Assembly (NCBI GenBank): GCA_947306365.1
Contig: CAMZGD010000004.1
Span: 52,531-116,530 of the forward strand
Direction: 5' to 3'
Source: an uncultured Bacteroidales bacterium
GTDB taxonomy: Bacteria; Bacteroidota; Bacteroidia; Bacteroidales; UBA932
DNA length: 64,000 bases
Under the pieces are notes generated by a model. That model ran no database searches. It was not told the origin of the DNA and saw nothing but the letters and a program-made list of their open reading frames with translations. The translations under genes and the position numbers were made by a program. Shown here one piece after another: positions 1-9,067 of this stretch (position 1 is the first letter of the stretch; every line of letters begins with the position of its first letter).

Positions 1-67
1 TGGAGTGATGGGTGACGCCCATCCGGTCGGTCTCGTAGTAATGGACCTTGTGCTGATAGACAAACAT
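1..67 (-). CDS. acyl-CoA thioesterase, YbgC/4HBT hotdog-fold family (N-terminal fragment; the gene runs off the window)
   Basis: The reverse complement of 1-67 reads MFVYQHKVHYYETDRMGVTHHS, the typical N-terminus of YbgC/4-hydroxybenzoyl-CoA thioesterases (..V.Y.DTD.MGV..H). It is absent from the ORF track because it is truncated. Confidence 0.55.
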   Translation of the reverse strand, partial: MFVYQHKVHYYETDRMGVTHHS

Positions 68-156
68 CGGCCTTCGTATTTTACCAGCGCAAAGATACGC
101 AATTTTGGAGAGTCCGGGAATAATCGTTATCTTTACAGAATAAATCGCCAACCGCC

Positions 157-918
157 ATGATGAGAGAAGAGACTGTCTTCGGGCCGATCCACAGCCGCCG
201 CCTCGGCCGGTCGCTCGGCATCAACCTGCTGCCCACGCGGGGAAAGGTCTGCAACTTCGACTGCATCTACTGCGAATGCGGCTGGAACCGGGACGGACGC
301 GGCGACACGGTCCTCCCTACCGCCGCCAAAGTCCGCAGCGACCTGGAGAACAAGCTGATCGAACTGATGCTGGAAGGCACCCCCATCGATTCGATCACCT
401 TCTCGGGCGACGGAGAGCCCACCCTCAACCCCGAATTCCCGCGCATCATCGACGACACCCTGTTCCTGCGCGACGCCTACTACCCGAAAGCCAAGGTATC
501 CGTGCTCTCCAACGCCACCCGCGTCCACGTGCCCGAAGTGTTCGCCGCACTCCGCAAAGTGGACAACCCGATCCTGAAGATCGACGCCCCGACCGATGTG
601 CTCGTCGCCAGGATCAACCAGCCCGCGCCGGGCTACGAACTCGCCCGCGTGGTGGAGGCGCTGGAACGGTTCGAAGGGAACTTCGTGCTGCAGACGATGT
701 TTCTCCGCAGCAGGACGTTCGACTCGTCGGCCTCTGAAGTGCTGGAAGGATGGATGGACATCGTGCGCCGGCTCCGGCCGCGCGAAGTGATGGTCTATAC
801 CATCGACCGCCCCACCCCCGAAGAAGGGCTGGAAGCCTTCACCGTCGAACAGATGCGTACGCTCGTGCAGCCGCTCATCGACGAAGGCTTCGCCATCGAC
901 ATCAAGGGAAAAGAATGA
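157..918 (+). CDS. radical SAM protein (COG0731-like, function unknown)
   Basis: 253 aa. Has the CNFDCIYC CxxxCxxC cluster motif, GDGEPTLNPEF, and an N-terminal FGPIHSRRLGRSLGINL signature. ATG start; high GC3. Confidence 0.85.
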   Translation: MMREETVFGPIHSRRLGRSLGINLLPTRGKVCNFDCIYCECGWNRDGRGDTVLPTAAKVRSDLENKLIELMLEGTPIDSITFSGDGEPTLNPEFPRIIDDTLFLRDAYYPKAKVSVLSNATRVHVPEVFAALRKVDNPILKIDAPTDVLVARINQPAPGYELARVVEALERFEGNFVLQTMFLRSRTFDSSASEVLEGWMDIVRRLRPREVMVYTIDRPTPEEGLEAFTVEQMRTLVQPLIDEGFAIDIKGKE

Positions 919-945
919 CCACCGAAAAACAATAAAAACCGCGAT

Positions 946-1611
946 ATGAACCTCAACGAACAATTCGTGATCACCGTCAGCCGCGAACTCGGCTCCGGCG
1001 GCCACACCATCGGCAAGAAACTCGCCGAACGGCTGGGCGTCCGCTTCTGCGACAAAGAACTCATCCGAGCCCTTTCCAAGAAATTCGACCTGACCCCCTC
1101 CACCATCGAACGGCTGAAGGCGGAGAAGAAAAACTGGCTGTCCGACTTCATCCAGCGGCTGGCCCCGGCACCGGCACCGGGCGGTTTTGTCGAAGCCGAT
1201 TCCGTTTACGGCAAGGAATTCAACCCGACCGTCACCACCGACGACATCTTCAAGGCAGAGACCGAGATCCTGCGCGCGATGGCCGAAGAAACCTCATGCG
1301 TGATCGCCGGCCGCTCCGGCTTCTTCGTGCTCAGGGACCGTCCCAACAAGATGGACATCTTCATCACGGCCTCGAAGGAGAACCGCATCGCGCGCACGAT
1401 GCGCAAGCAGAATTTCCCGCGGGAGATGGCGGAAGAAGTCCTCGCCAAAGTGGACAAGGCACGCGAGAACTACGTGCAGCGCTACGCCGGGGTAAGCCGC
1501 TACGACGCGCGCAACTACAACCTGACACTGAACGTCGACGGGCTGACCGAAGACCAGGCCGTCGACATCATCCTCAATTACCTGGACGCGGCCGCAGGAG
1601 ACGTCGCCTGA
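946..1611 (+). CDS. cytidylate kinase-like family P-loop protein
   Basis: 221 aa. The N-terminal ITVSRELGSGGHTIGKKLAERLG P-loop is typical of the cytidylate-kinase-like (PF13189-type) family. It starts 27 nt after the radical SAM gene. Confidence 0.75.
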   Translation: MNLNEQFVITVSRELGSGGHTIGKKLAERLGVRFCDKELIRALSKKFDLTPSTIERLKAEKKNWLSDFIQRLAPAPAPGGFVEADSVYGKEFNPTVTTDDIFKAETEILRAMAEETSCVIAGRSGFFVLRDRPNKMDIFITASKENRIARTMRKQNFPREMAEEVLAKVDKARENYVQRYAGVSRYDARNYNLTLNVDGLTEDQAVDIILNYLDAAAGDVA

Positions 1612-1792
1612 GCGCCCGGATAAGCAGCAGCGCGACATCCGTCCAGCGGAAGCCGCCCCCGGCCACGAACTGTGACACGGGACTGGCCAGCTGGTTCGTG
1701 CGGAGCGAACGCCTGACCACCCGCAGCGAAGCTTCCAGCTCCGCATAGGTGCGGATGCCGGCAAACCCGGCAGGATCCTGCCTATACTTCAT
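1574..1792 (-). CDS. small hypothetical protein (about 72 aa), possible fourth gene of the YtxH/holin-X-like operon
   Basis: The ATG at 1792 lies 8 nt upstream of the holin-like stop (1782-1784), an overlap typical of translational coupling. GC3 is roughly 75-80% in the part I translated (MKYRQDPAGFAGIRTYAELEASLRVVRRSLR...). I recognise no homology, and it overlaps the convergent 946-1611 gene by 38 nt. Confidence 0.4.
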   Translation of the reverse strand: MKYRQDPAGFAGIRTYAELEASLRVVRRSLRTNQLASPVSQFVAGGGFRWTDVALLLIRALRRRLLRPRPGN

Positions 1793-2102
1793 CGTCGCCA
1801 TAGAAAATCCGGATGAAAAGTCTGACGAAAGTGTCGCGGAACAGCCGCTTGCGCAGCAGGAAGACCACGGCCAGCGCGACGAGGAACACCCCGCAGACGA
1901 TGCTGCTCGACACCGCCAGGCTGCCGGTCCACTGGCCGATCCACTGGATCAGCACCACGGCCAGCAGGCCGAGCACGATCACGAGCAGGCCCACGGACAG
2001 CAGCAGCGCGGCGAGCCGGCCCATCGCGGTAGAAAGGCCCTTCGTCGTCCGCAGCTTCAGCTCGTCGGCTTTCAGGTCGACATAATCCTTCAGGTCGCTC
2101 AT
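1782..2102 (-). CDS. holin-X / DUF1469-like small membrane protein ('phage holin family protein' in annotations)
   Basis: 106 aa with two long hydrophobic helices (LAALLLSVGLLVIVLGLLAVVLIQWIG; VSSSIVCGVFLVALAVVFLL). Its start overlaps the YtxH stop by 4 nt. Confidence 0.7.
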   Translation of the reverse strand: MSDLKDYVDLKADELKLRTTKGLSTAMGRLAALLLSVGLLVIVLGLLAVVLIQWIGQWTGSLAVSSSIVCGVFLVALAVVFLLRKRLFRDTFVRLFIRIFYGDDEV

Positions 2103-2326
2103 ACCTTCCCCACCGCCTCCTCCACGGTCTCGGCGGCCGTCTTCGCCGCCGATTCCGCCTTGACCTTGACGTCTTCAACCATCGATTCCAGTTCATCCAG
2201 GCCCTCGGCGGCACGGCGTTTCAGTTCCTCGGCCGTCTGACGGCCCTTCTCGGTCGAAAGCAGCCAGGCCACCGCCGCACCCGCGGCGGCCCCGGCCAGA
2301 AAGGTAAAAAAGTTGTTCGCGCTCAT
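2099..2326 (-). CDS. YtxH domain-containing protein
   Basis: 75 aa. An N-terminal helix FLAGAAAGAAVAWLLSTEKGRQT is followed by an Ala/Glu/Lys coiled region, the classic YtxH layout. Confidence 0.75.
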   Translation of the reverse strand: MSANNFFTFLAGAAAGAAVAWLLSTEKGRQTAEELKRRAAEGLDELESMVEDVKVKAESAAKTAAETVEEAVGKV

Positions 2327-2332
2327 AGCAGT

Positions 2333-2893
2333 CTATATCTTGGTGAAATAATAACCCGTTTCGGAAGACAGCTGCAGGTCGCCGGTCCGCTCGCTGAAGG
2401 TTTTGGCGCCGCGGCGGCCGGGATAGATCAAGTCCGGCCCCGAAGGCGTGGAGACGAGCACGACCGGATTGCCTCCCTCGTCGTACACGACCCGCCAGAC
2501 CGATTCGAAGGACGGCTGTTCGGGCGAGATGAACTTGTAGACGCCCAGCTCGTCGTACACGCCGTCGCGCGCACCCACGCTCACCGTCCCGTCGTCGCGG
2601 AAGATCAGCCGCGCCCCGTGGCGTTCGCGCCACTCGCCGAACACCCAGCCGTTGTCGAGCCGGCGCTCCTGTTCGCGCAGCAGCTCCACGTTGGCCGTCT
2701 CGCACGACGAGAGCGGGCTCCCGTCGGCGTGGCGGGAAAGGATCTCCTCGCGCATCTGCTGCAGCTGCGCCTGCGTCAGGCCGCGCAGGTCGGCCGCTTC
2801 GAGCGGCTTCTCCCGCGTGCAGGTACAGGAAACCATCGGCCCGGCCGCCAGCAGCGCACAGGCGAGAAGACAGAACAGGAAGGAAGGGCGCAT
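2333..2893 (-). CDS. hypothetical lipoprotein
   Basis: 186 aa with a signal peptide and several Cys (LLACALLAAGPMVSCTC). It lies 6 nt upstream of the YtxH gene. I recognise no family. Confidence 0.6.
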   Translation of the reverse strand: MRPSFLFCLLACALLAAGPMVSCTCTREKPLEAADLRGLTQAQLQQMREEILSRHADGSPLSSCETANVELLREQERRLDNGWVFGEWRERHGARLIFRDDGTVSVGARDGVYDELGVYKFISPEQPSFESVWRVVYDEGGNPVVLVSTPSGPDLIYPGRRGAKTFSERTGDLQLSSETGYYFTKI

Positions 2894-2940
2894 CGTATCG
2901 GATATTTACTCTGCAAGTTACGAAAAATCCGCCGATTTTG

Positions 2941-2948
2941 TATCTTTG
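2941..2948 (+). promoter_or_regulatory. Bacteroidetes -7 promoter box TATCTTTG (TAnnTTTG) for the MscS-family gene
   Basis: Exact match to the TAnnTTTG consensus, 22 nt upstream of the ATG at 2971. The extended TATCTTTGCGAC recurs at 6745 and 40102. Confidence 0.6.
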
Positions 2949-2970
2949 CGACCATTAATCCTGCGTTTCC

Positions 2971-5586
2971 ATGAAAAAGCGAATCCTTCCGATCCTGGCC
3001 CTGACGCTGCTGGTCTCCCTCCCCGCCTACGCGGTGTTCAACGAGCGCAATTTCGCCAAGACCCTCAGCATCCTCCGCTCCGAGCTCCACCAGGAGCACG
3101 CGAAGATGGAGCATATGCAGGCGCGGCTGGGGCAGAGCAACGAGCTGCAGCACCAGCGCCTGGTGGAAATGACGAAACGGTGCAACGAGCTGGCCCTGAT
3201 CCTGTATTCGCAAAACCAGGACTATACCTTCGACATGACCTACGCCCTCGAGGAGGTCAGCAAGGAATACGAAGACTACACGCGGCAGCGGATGCCGTTC
3301 GACGAGATCGTCACGCGCCTCGACCTCGAGATCGAGCGCTACGAGCACCTGTCGGAAGCGCTCCGGCGCCTGCCGCCCCTCCTCGACAAGATCGACGTCA
3401 TTCCCGACAGCCTCTCCGCCGTGATGGATACCATCCTGCTGCGCGAAAGCACGCACCACCACGCCGGCTTCGATATCACCGGCCAGGACGAGGACGCCGA
3501 CGAACCCTTCACCCTCGACGAGCAGGGACGCGCCGACCGCGACTCCTGCCTCACCTATGCGCTCAACCTGCTGGCGATGTACACGGAGTTCCGCGACCGG
3601 ATCGTGATGGACAACGACCACTACGAAGCCACGAGCAACCGGCTCGCGGAAAGCTACGAATATGCCCGCAACCGCTACCGGCTCATCCGCAAGCGCATCT
3701 TCATCGACGGGCAGGACAACTATTTCAAGGTGCTCCGCTCGTTCCCGCGTTACGCCCGGACGGCCTTCCAGGACACGCGCCGCAAATATGGCATCGGCGA
3801 CAGCAGCGCCGACGCACTCGCCCTGCGGCAGAGCGAATGGCGCGGACCGGTGATCGTCGGATTCATCGCCTTCATCCTCTTCTACATCCTGATCGCCACG
3901 CTGGTCAGCAACCTCGTGGCGCGGGTGCTCCGGAAGCGGGTCAAACGCTTCCAGAGCGAAACGTTCCGGCAGCGGAGCCCCCTCGTGACCCTGCTCAGCG
4001 GCGTGGTGATCTTCGCCGTGACGGTGATGATCGCCATCCTCTCGGTCAAGCAGAACTTCTTCCAGGTCGCCTCCGGACTGCTGCTCATCTACGCGTGGCT
4101 GCTCGCGGCCATTCTCGTCTCGCTGCTCATCCGGATTCCCGCGGCGCACATCCGGAAGGTCGCCCGGCTCTATGTCCCGGTCGCCCTGCTCGGCCTGCTG
4201 GTCATCACGTTCCGCATCATCTTCATCCCCAACCGGCTGGTCAACCTGATCTTCCCGCCGGTCATCCTGGCCTTCACCATCTGGCAGTACGTCATCTGCC
4301 GCCGGGTCCGCAATGCGAAGGAAGCCCGGGGCGACATGCTCTACAGCTGGATCACGTTCGGCGTGATGCTCGCGACGCTCGTCGTGTCGTGGGCCGGCTA
4401 CGTGCTGCTGGCCGTGCAGATCTTCATCTGGTGGCTCTTCCAGCTCACGGCCATCGAGACCATCACGGCGATCTACGTGCTGCTCGACCTGTACGAAGAA
4501 CGGACGATCCGGCAGCGCAGGCTGGAATACAAGAAGAACCATACCGTCATCGAACCGGACCGGAAAGATTCGTTCATCTCCGTGACCTGGCTGTTCGACT
4601 TCGTCAAGCAGGCCTGCCTGCCGATCCTGATGGTCCTCTCCATCCCGTTATGCCTGTGGATGGCTTCCGGCGTGTTCGACCTGACCGAGATCTGCAAGGA
4701 GGTTTTCTACAAACCCTTCTTCAACCTCGTCGACAAGGAAGGCAACGCCATCCTCCACCTTTCCCTCTACAAGCTCGTGCTGGTGACCGCGCTGTACTTC
4801 CTGTTCCGCTATCTGAGCTACCTGCTGAAAGCCGTCTACCGCAAGGCTCGCTACGAGAAGCTGATGGCCCGGGAAGGCAAGACGTACGTCCACGCCAACG
4901 AAATCAACTTCACGCTGGCCGACAACGTGATCGCCATCCTCGTCTGGGGCAGCTACCTCGTGATGACCATCGTGCTGCTGCGGATCCCGATGGGCGCGCT
5001 CTCCCTCGTCGCCGCCGGCCTGGCCACCGGTCTCGGCCTCGCGATGAAGGACATCCTCAACAACTTCATCTACGGCATCCAGCTGATGTCGGGCCGCCTG
5101 CGCGTGGGCGACTACATCGAATGCGACGGCATCCGCGGGAAAGTGACCTCCATCAGCTACCAGGCCACCCAGATCCAGACGGTCGAGGACACGCTCATCG
5201 CCTTCACCAACACCACGCTGTTCAACAAGAACTTCAAGAACCTGACGCGCAGCAGCGCCTACGAATACGTCAAGGTGGGCGTGGGCGTCAGCTACGGCAC
5301 CGACGTGGAGAAGGTCCGCGCCCTGCTGCTGGAAGCCTCCCAGAGCCTGATGACGAAAGACAAGTACGGGCGCAACATCGTCGATCCCAAGCGCGGCATC
5401 ACGGTCGCCTTCGACGGCTTCGGCGAGAGCAGCGTGGACATCGCCCTCAAGCAGTACGTGCTTGTGGAAGAGCGCTACGGATTCCTGTCGCGGGCCAGGG
5501 AATTGATCTACAATACGCTCAACGAGAACGGCATCGAGATTCCGTTCCCCCAGCGGGACATCCACATCAAATCGACAGTTCAGTAA
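2971..5586 (+). CDS. mechanosensitive ion channel family protein (large MscK/MscS-like)
   Basis: 871 aa. Signal peptide, long coiled N-domain, multiple TM helices, and a C-terminal MscS core ([47 protein letters not shown]). Confidence 0.9.
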   Translation: MKKRILPILALTLLVSLPAYAVFNERNFAKTLSILRSELHQEHAKMEHMQARLGQSNELQHQRLVEMTKRCNELALILYSQNQDYTFDMTYALEEVSKEYEDYTRQRMPFDEIVTRLDLEIERYEHLSEALRRLPPLLDKIDVIPDSLSAVMDTILLRESTHHHAGFDITGQDEDADEPFTLDEQGRADRDSCLTYALNLLAMYTEFRDRIVMDNDHYEATSNRLAESYEYARNRYRLIRKRIFIDGQDNYFKVLRSFPRYARTAFQDTRRKYGIGDSSADALALRQSEWRGPVIVGFIAFILFYILIATLVSNLVARVLRKRVKRFQSETFRQRSPLVTLLSGVVIFAVTVMIAILSVKQNFFQVASGLLLIYAWLLAAILVSLLIRIPAAHIRKVARLYVPVALLGLLVITFRIIFIPNRLVNLIFPPVILAFTIWQYVICRRVRNAKEARGDMLYSWITFGVMLATLVVSWAGYVLLAVQIFIWWLFQLTAIETITAIYVLLDLYEERTIRQRRLEYKKNHTVIEPDRKDSFISVTWLFDFVKQACLPILMVLSIPLCLWMASGVFDLTEICKEVFYKPFFNLVDKEGNAILHLSLYKLVLVTALYFLFRYLSYLLKAVYRKARYEKLMAREGKTYVHANEINFTLADNVIAILVWGSYLVMTIVLLRIPMGALSLVAAGLATGLGLAMKDILNNFIYGIQLMSGRLRVGDYIECDGIRGKVTSISYQATQIQTVEDTLIAFTNTTLFNKNFKNLTRSSAYEYVKVGVGVSYGTDVEKVRALLLEASQSLMTKDKYGRNIVDPKRGITVAFDGFGESSVDIALKQYVLVEERYGFLSRARELIYNTLNENGIEIPFPQRDIHIKSTVQ

Positions 5587-6553
5587 GGACGTCGATCAGT
5601 TCGCGGTCGATCGGCTTGTCGATCTTGACCGCCTTGCTGATGGGCACATAGACGACCTGGTCGTTCTTGATGCCGACCATGATGTTACGCTGCCCCTCCT
5701 TCAGGGCTTCGACGGCCGCCACGCCGAGGCGGGAGGCAAGGATGCGGTCGTAGGCAGATGGCCGGCCGCCTCGCTGCAGGTGCCCGAGGATCGTCACCCG
5801 CACGTCGTACTGCGGATACTCGTTGCGGACGCGTTCGGCGTAGTGGAGCGCCCCGCCGGTCCCGTCCTTCTTGCTTTCCGACACCAGCACGATGGAGCTG
5901 TTCTTGCTCTTGCGGATGCCCCGCCCGATGTACTGGGCGAGCTGGTCGATGTCGGTGCGGTCTTCCGGGATGATGGCGGCTTCGGCCCCGGCAGCGATGG
6001 CGCTGTTCTGCGCCAGGAAACCGGCGTCGCGGCCCATCACTTCCACGAAGAAGATGCGGTCGTGCGAGGTGGCCGTGTCGCGGATCTTGTCGACGCAGTC
6101 CACGATGGTGTTGAGCGCCGTGTCGTAGCCGATGGTCGAGTCGGTGCCGTAGAGGTCGTTGTCGATGGTGCCGGGCAGGCCGATCACCGTGACGTCGTGT
6201 TCGCGGGCCAGCTCCTGCGCGCCGGAAAGGGATCCGTTGCCGCCGATGACCACCAGGGCGTCGATATGGTGCCGCTTGAGCGTCTCATACGCCTTTGTAC
6301 GGCCTTCCGGCGTCCGGAACTCCTTGCTGCGGGCCGTCTTGAGGATCGTGCCGCCCCGCTGGATCGTATTGCTCACCGATTCGCTGGTGAACTCCTTGAC
6401 TTCGCCGTTGATGAGGCCTTCGTAGCCCCGGTAGATGCCATAGACTTTCCATCCTGCGAAGATGGCGGAGCGCGTGACCGCGCGGATGGCCGCATTCATT
6501 CCGGGAGAGTCGCCCCCCGACGTAAGAACGCCGATGCACTGGATATCTTTCAT
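5567..6553 (-). CDS. pfkA: ATP-dependent 6-phosphofructokinase
   Basis: 328 aa. [26 protein letters not shown] and PGTIDND motifs. Confidence 0.95.
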   Translation of the reverse strand: MKDIQCIGVLTSGGDSPGMNAAIRAVTRSAIFAGWKVYGIYRGYEGLINGEVKEFTSESVSNTIQRGGTILKTARSKEFRTPEGRTKAYETLKRHHIDALVVIGGNGSLSGAQELAREHDVTVIGLPGTIDNDLYGTDSTIGYDTALNTIVDCVDKIRDTATSHDRIFFVEVMGRDAGFLAQNSAIAAGAEAAIIPEDRTDIDQLAQYIGRGIRKSKNSSIVLVSESKKDGTGGALHYAERVRNEYPQYDVRVTILGHLQRGGRPSAYDRILASRLGVAAVEALKEGQRNIMVGIKNDQVVYVPISKAVKIDKPIDRELIDVLTELSI

Positions 6554-6677
6554 CGTGCTTTATGACAATTGGACGGGTAAAGTTACGAAAATCCCAATAA
6601 ATGGGGATTGCCCGGCGACAAGATTCTGCCGAACTTTGCATCAGACAATTTAAGTGTTTTGGTAATTTTGATGAGGA

Positions 6678-6713
6678 GACCCCGTCCGTAAGCCGGCGGG
6701 GTCACTTTTTTTT
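6678..6713 (+). terminator. orphan intrinsic-terminator-like hairpin plus T8
   Basis: GACCCCG(6678-6684)...CGGGGTC(6697-6703) followed by AC and TTTTTTTT (6706-6713). No plus-strand gene lies upstream, because pfkA is divergent. Confidence 0.5.
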
Positions 6714-6744
6714 GAAAAAATTTGGTTTATTTAATAAACTTGTT

Positions 6745-6752
6745 TATCTTTG
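6745..6752 (+). promoter_or_regulatory. -7 promoter box TATCTTTG for the acyltransferase gene
   Basis: TAnnTTTG match 23 nt upstream of the ATG at 6776. Confidence 0.6.
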
Positions 6753-6775
6753 CGACAGATTCAAAACAGGAAACG

Positions 6776-7909
6776 ATGAGAAAACATTGGCTTGACAATC
6801 TTCGCTGGGTGACGGTACTGCTCGTGCTGCTCTACCACGTCATCTATTTCTTCAACAACAAGGGTGTCTTCGGCGGCATCGGCGGCTGGGGCAACTACCC
6901 GCAGTACAAGCAGTATCAGGATGTCGTGATGTACATCCTGTATCCCTTCTTCATGCCGCTGCTCTTCCTGCTCGCGGGCATCAGCGCCCGGTATGCATTG
7001 GAAAAGCAATCCGGTAAGGAATGGTTAAGGGCACGCACGCGCAAGCTGCTGGTGCCCGGAACGATCGGACTTTTCGTGTTCCAGTGGATTACAGGATACT
7101 TCAACACACTTGTGGCCGGGAGGGGCGACGCACTGACAGCCACACCCGGTCCGGGCAAATACATCATGTGCGCCCTCAGCGGCACCGGCCCGCTCTGGTT
7201 CATCCAGGTGCTGTGGCTCCTGTGCCTCGTGCTGCTGCTGGTGCGCGCCCTCGACCGCAGGGACCGGTTCTACGAGGGGTGCGGGCGGCTGTTCGGCGGC
7301 AAGGCGGGCCTCGTGTGGACCCTCCTGCTCGGCATCCTGTTCTGGGTCGGGGAACAAACCCTCGTCAAGAATCCCCGCCCGGAAAGCGCGGACGGTCTCT
7401 GGAATCTGTACAAGCCTGTCTTCTATCTGATTCCTTTCCTGCTGGGTTACTTCGTGTTCGCGCACGACGCCGTGCAGGAAAAGGTGAAGAAAGCCTGGAT
7501 TCCGCTTCTGGCCGGCGCCGTCGCGGCCGGAGCCGTACTGATCGGCACTACCTTCGGACAGGACAACACCTCCCCGCAGTATCTGCAATCCCCGCTCAAC
7601 TGTCTCTACAGCTGGCTGATGTGCCTGGCGCTGATCGGCTGGTTCCAGGCGCGCTTCGACCGGACGGGCCGCTTCGCCGGCTATATGACACGGTCCAGCT
7701 TCGGCCTCTACATCCTCCACTATCTGGTGGTCGCCGCGGTGGGCTACACGCTGAAAAAACATACCCAGCTGCCGCCCGCAGCCATCTACCTGATCCTGGC
7801 CGTCGCCGTGTTCGCGCTTACGCCGCTGCTCTACGAAGTGCTGCGCCGCATTCCGTTCCTCCGCTGGTGCATTCTCGGCGAGAAGAAAAAAGCCGTCAAG
7901 GAAGGATAA
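6776..7909 (+). CDS. acyltransferase family 3 membrane protein
   Basis: MRKHWLDNLRWVTVLLVLLYHVIYFF and about 10 TM helices, typical of acyltransferase_3. The ORF-track start at 6722 is TTG; the ATG at 6776 fits the promoter box and the family N-terminus. Confidence 0.85.
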   Translation: MRKHWLDNLRWVTVLLVLLYHVIYFFNNKGVFGGIGGWGNYPQYKQYQDVVMYILYPFFMPLLFLLAGISARYALEKQSGKEWLRARTRKLLVPGTIGLFVFQWITGYFNTLVAGRGDALTATPGPGKYIMCALSGTGPLWFIQVLWLLCLVLLLVRALDRRDRFYEGCGRLFGGKAGLVWTLLLGILFWVGEQTLVKNPRPESADGLWNLYKPVFYLIPFLLGYFVFAHDAVQEKVKKAWIPLLAGAVAAGAVLIGTTFGQDNTSPQYLQSPLNCLYSWLMCLALIGWFQARFDRTGRFAGYMTRSSFGLYILHYLVVAAVGYTLKKHTQLPPAAIYLILAVAVFALTPLLYEVLRRIPFLRWCILGEKKKAVKEG

Positions 7910-8900
7910 TCACTTTCAGATTTTCGCGTACCAGGCCGCCGTACCCCCCTTGCGAATCGGCAATGAGCAGGAGGGTGCGGCGGCCGTCCTGCAGCCGGGG
8001 GCCGAGGCACATCCCCTCGTAATTGGCCAGGTTGGACGCCCGTGTCGTGAATTCCACGAGCAGTTGCTTGGGAAGGACGGCGCTACCGTCGCCCGAGGGC
8101 ATCACCTGATAGATCTTCGTCAGCGAGAAGGTCTCGCCGATGGCCCGCATCATTCCGGCGGGGACATACACCTCCCGTTCGAGGATGAGAAGGCTCCCGT
8201 CGTCGAGCGCCGTCATCGCGGAAATGCCGTGGACGTAGGCCCGGGTATCCGCAGCCGAGCGGAGCGGCGCGTCCATCTGGTAAAGATACTGGCGGTCCGG
8301 CCGGAAGGACTTTCCGAACCGCTGGAGCCGGTGCAGGCGGGGAACCAGCGTGTCTTTCAGGAGCGGCCGTTCCGTCGTCGTCCAGAAATGGCCGGTGACC
8401 GCATTGTAGGTGAAGGCTTCGAAGCCGGCGTTGGCGTGAATGCAGCTACGGCCCATTTCGGCGGGAACGGGGAACGATCGGCCCGTGGCATTTCCCGCCA
8501 GGTCATATTCACGGATGGACTGGTCGGTCTCCGCCGAAACATAGAGTTTCCCGTCGGCACAGGCGATGCCTTCGCAGTCCAGTCCCGACACGTCCGCCAG
8601 TTTCGTCGCCGCCGGGACTTCGGCCTGGACCGCCTCGATGGATCCGTCGGCGGGATTCAGCGCGATGTCGAAAAAGACGATGCCGCCGCCCCGGAGCTTG
8701 TCGTCCACGACGGCATAGCGGTTGCCGTCGATGCGGGTGATGCCCGAGTACTGCCCGGCAGCGATGGCCGGCGTCACGGTCGCTTTCGCCTCGACCGACG
8801 GTGCCGCCGCCGTCCGCCGCGCCGGCCCGCACCCCGCCGCCAGCAGCGATAGCAGCAACGCTGCCGCCAGCCGATATGAGTGAGCAACTCGTTTCATCAT
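7896..8900 (-). CDS. secreted beta-propeller lipoprotein, phytase-like esterase family (PF13449-like)
   Basis: A start at MMKRVAHSYRLAAALLLSLLAAGCGP (8900) gives a lipoprotein signal. Segments such as GLDCEGIACADGKLYVSAE and FEAFTYNAVTGHFWTTTERPL resemble the 'esterase-like activity of phytase' family. The family call is from memory. Confidence 0.55.
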   Translation of the reverse strand: MMKRVAHSYRLAAALLLSLLAAGCGPARRTAAAPSVEAKATVTPAIAAGQYSGITRIDGNRYAVVDDKLRGGGIVFFDIALNPADGSIEAVQAEVPAATKLADVSGLDCEGIACADGKLYVSAETDQSIREYDLAGNATGRSFPVPAEMGRSCIHANAGFEAFTYNAVTGHFWTTTERPLLKDTLVPRLHRLQRFGKSFRPDRQYLYQMDAPLRSAADTRAYVHGISAMTALDDGSLLILEREVYVPAGMMRAIGETFSLTKIYQVMPSGDGSAVLPKQLLVEFTTRASNLANYEGMCLGPRLQDGRRTLLLIADSQGGYGGLVRENLKVIILP

Positions 8901-8970
8901 TACCACAAAAGTAGGCAAATACCGCCGTTTGCCCAAAAAATATCTGCAGGCAACGCCATCCCGTTTTCTG

Positions 8971-9014
8971 AATTTGTTTCGCATTCTGTTCAATTGTTTG
9001 CCGGTCTGTTCGCG
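8971..9014 (+). promoter_or_regulatory. operator-like TGTT(C/T) repeat array upstream of the GH3 operon (site C)
   Basis: CATTCTGTTCAAT (8982-8994) and CTGTTCGC (9006-9013) are 20 nt apart, with weaker TTGTTTC and TTGTTTG copies interleaved. A near-consensus -7 box TATCTTCG lies at 9042-9049. The same core occurs at 27501/27521 and at 38091/38112. Confidence 0.4.
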
Positions 9015-9067
9015 GGGGTTTTTCTTTCGGCGGATTATACCTATCTTCGTAACAAGAAGAAACCGCT

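Noticed and set aside
1782-2102. 'Phage holin family' protein as evidence of a prophage or lysis cassette
   Set aside because: No endolysin, spanin, integrase or structural genes are nearby. The gene sits in a conserved YtxH/DUF1469-type cellular operon with host-like composition.
2652-5651. 999-aa plus-strand ORF overlapping the MscS-family gene in another frame
   Set aside because: It is an Arg/Pro/Gly/His-rich alternative frame of the real gene (2971-5586), which itself carries the MscS core motifs.
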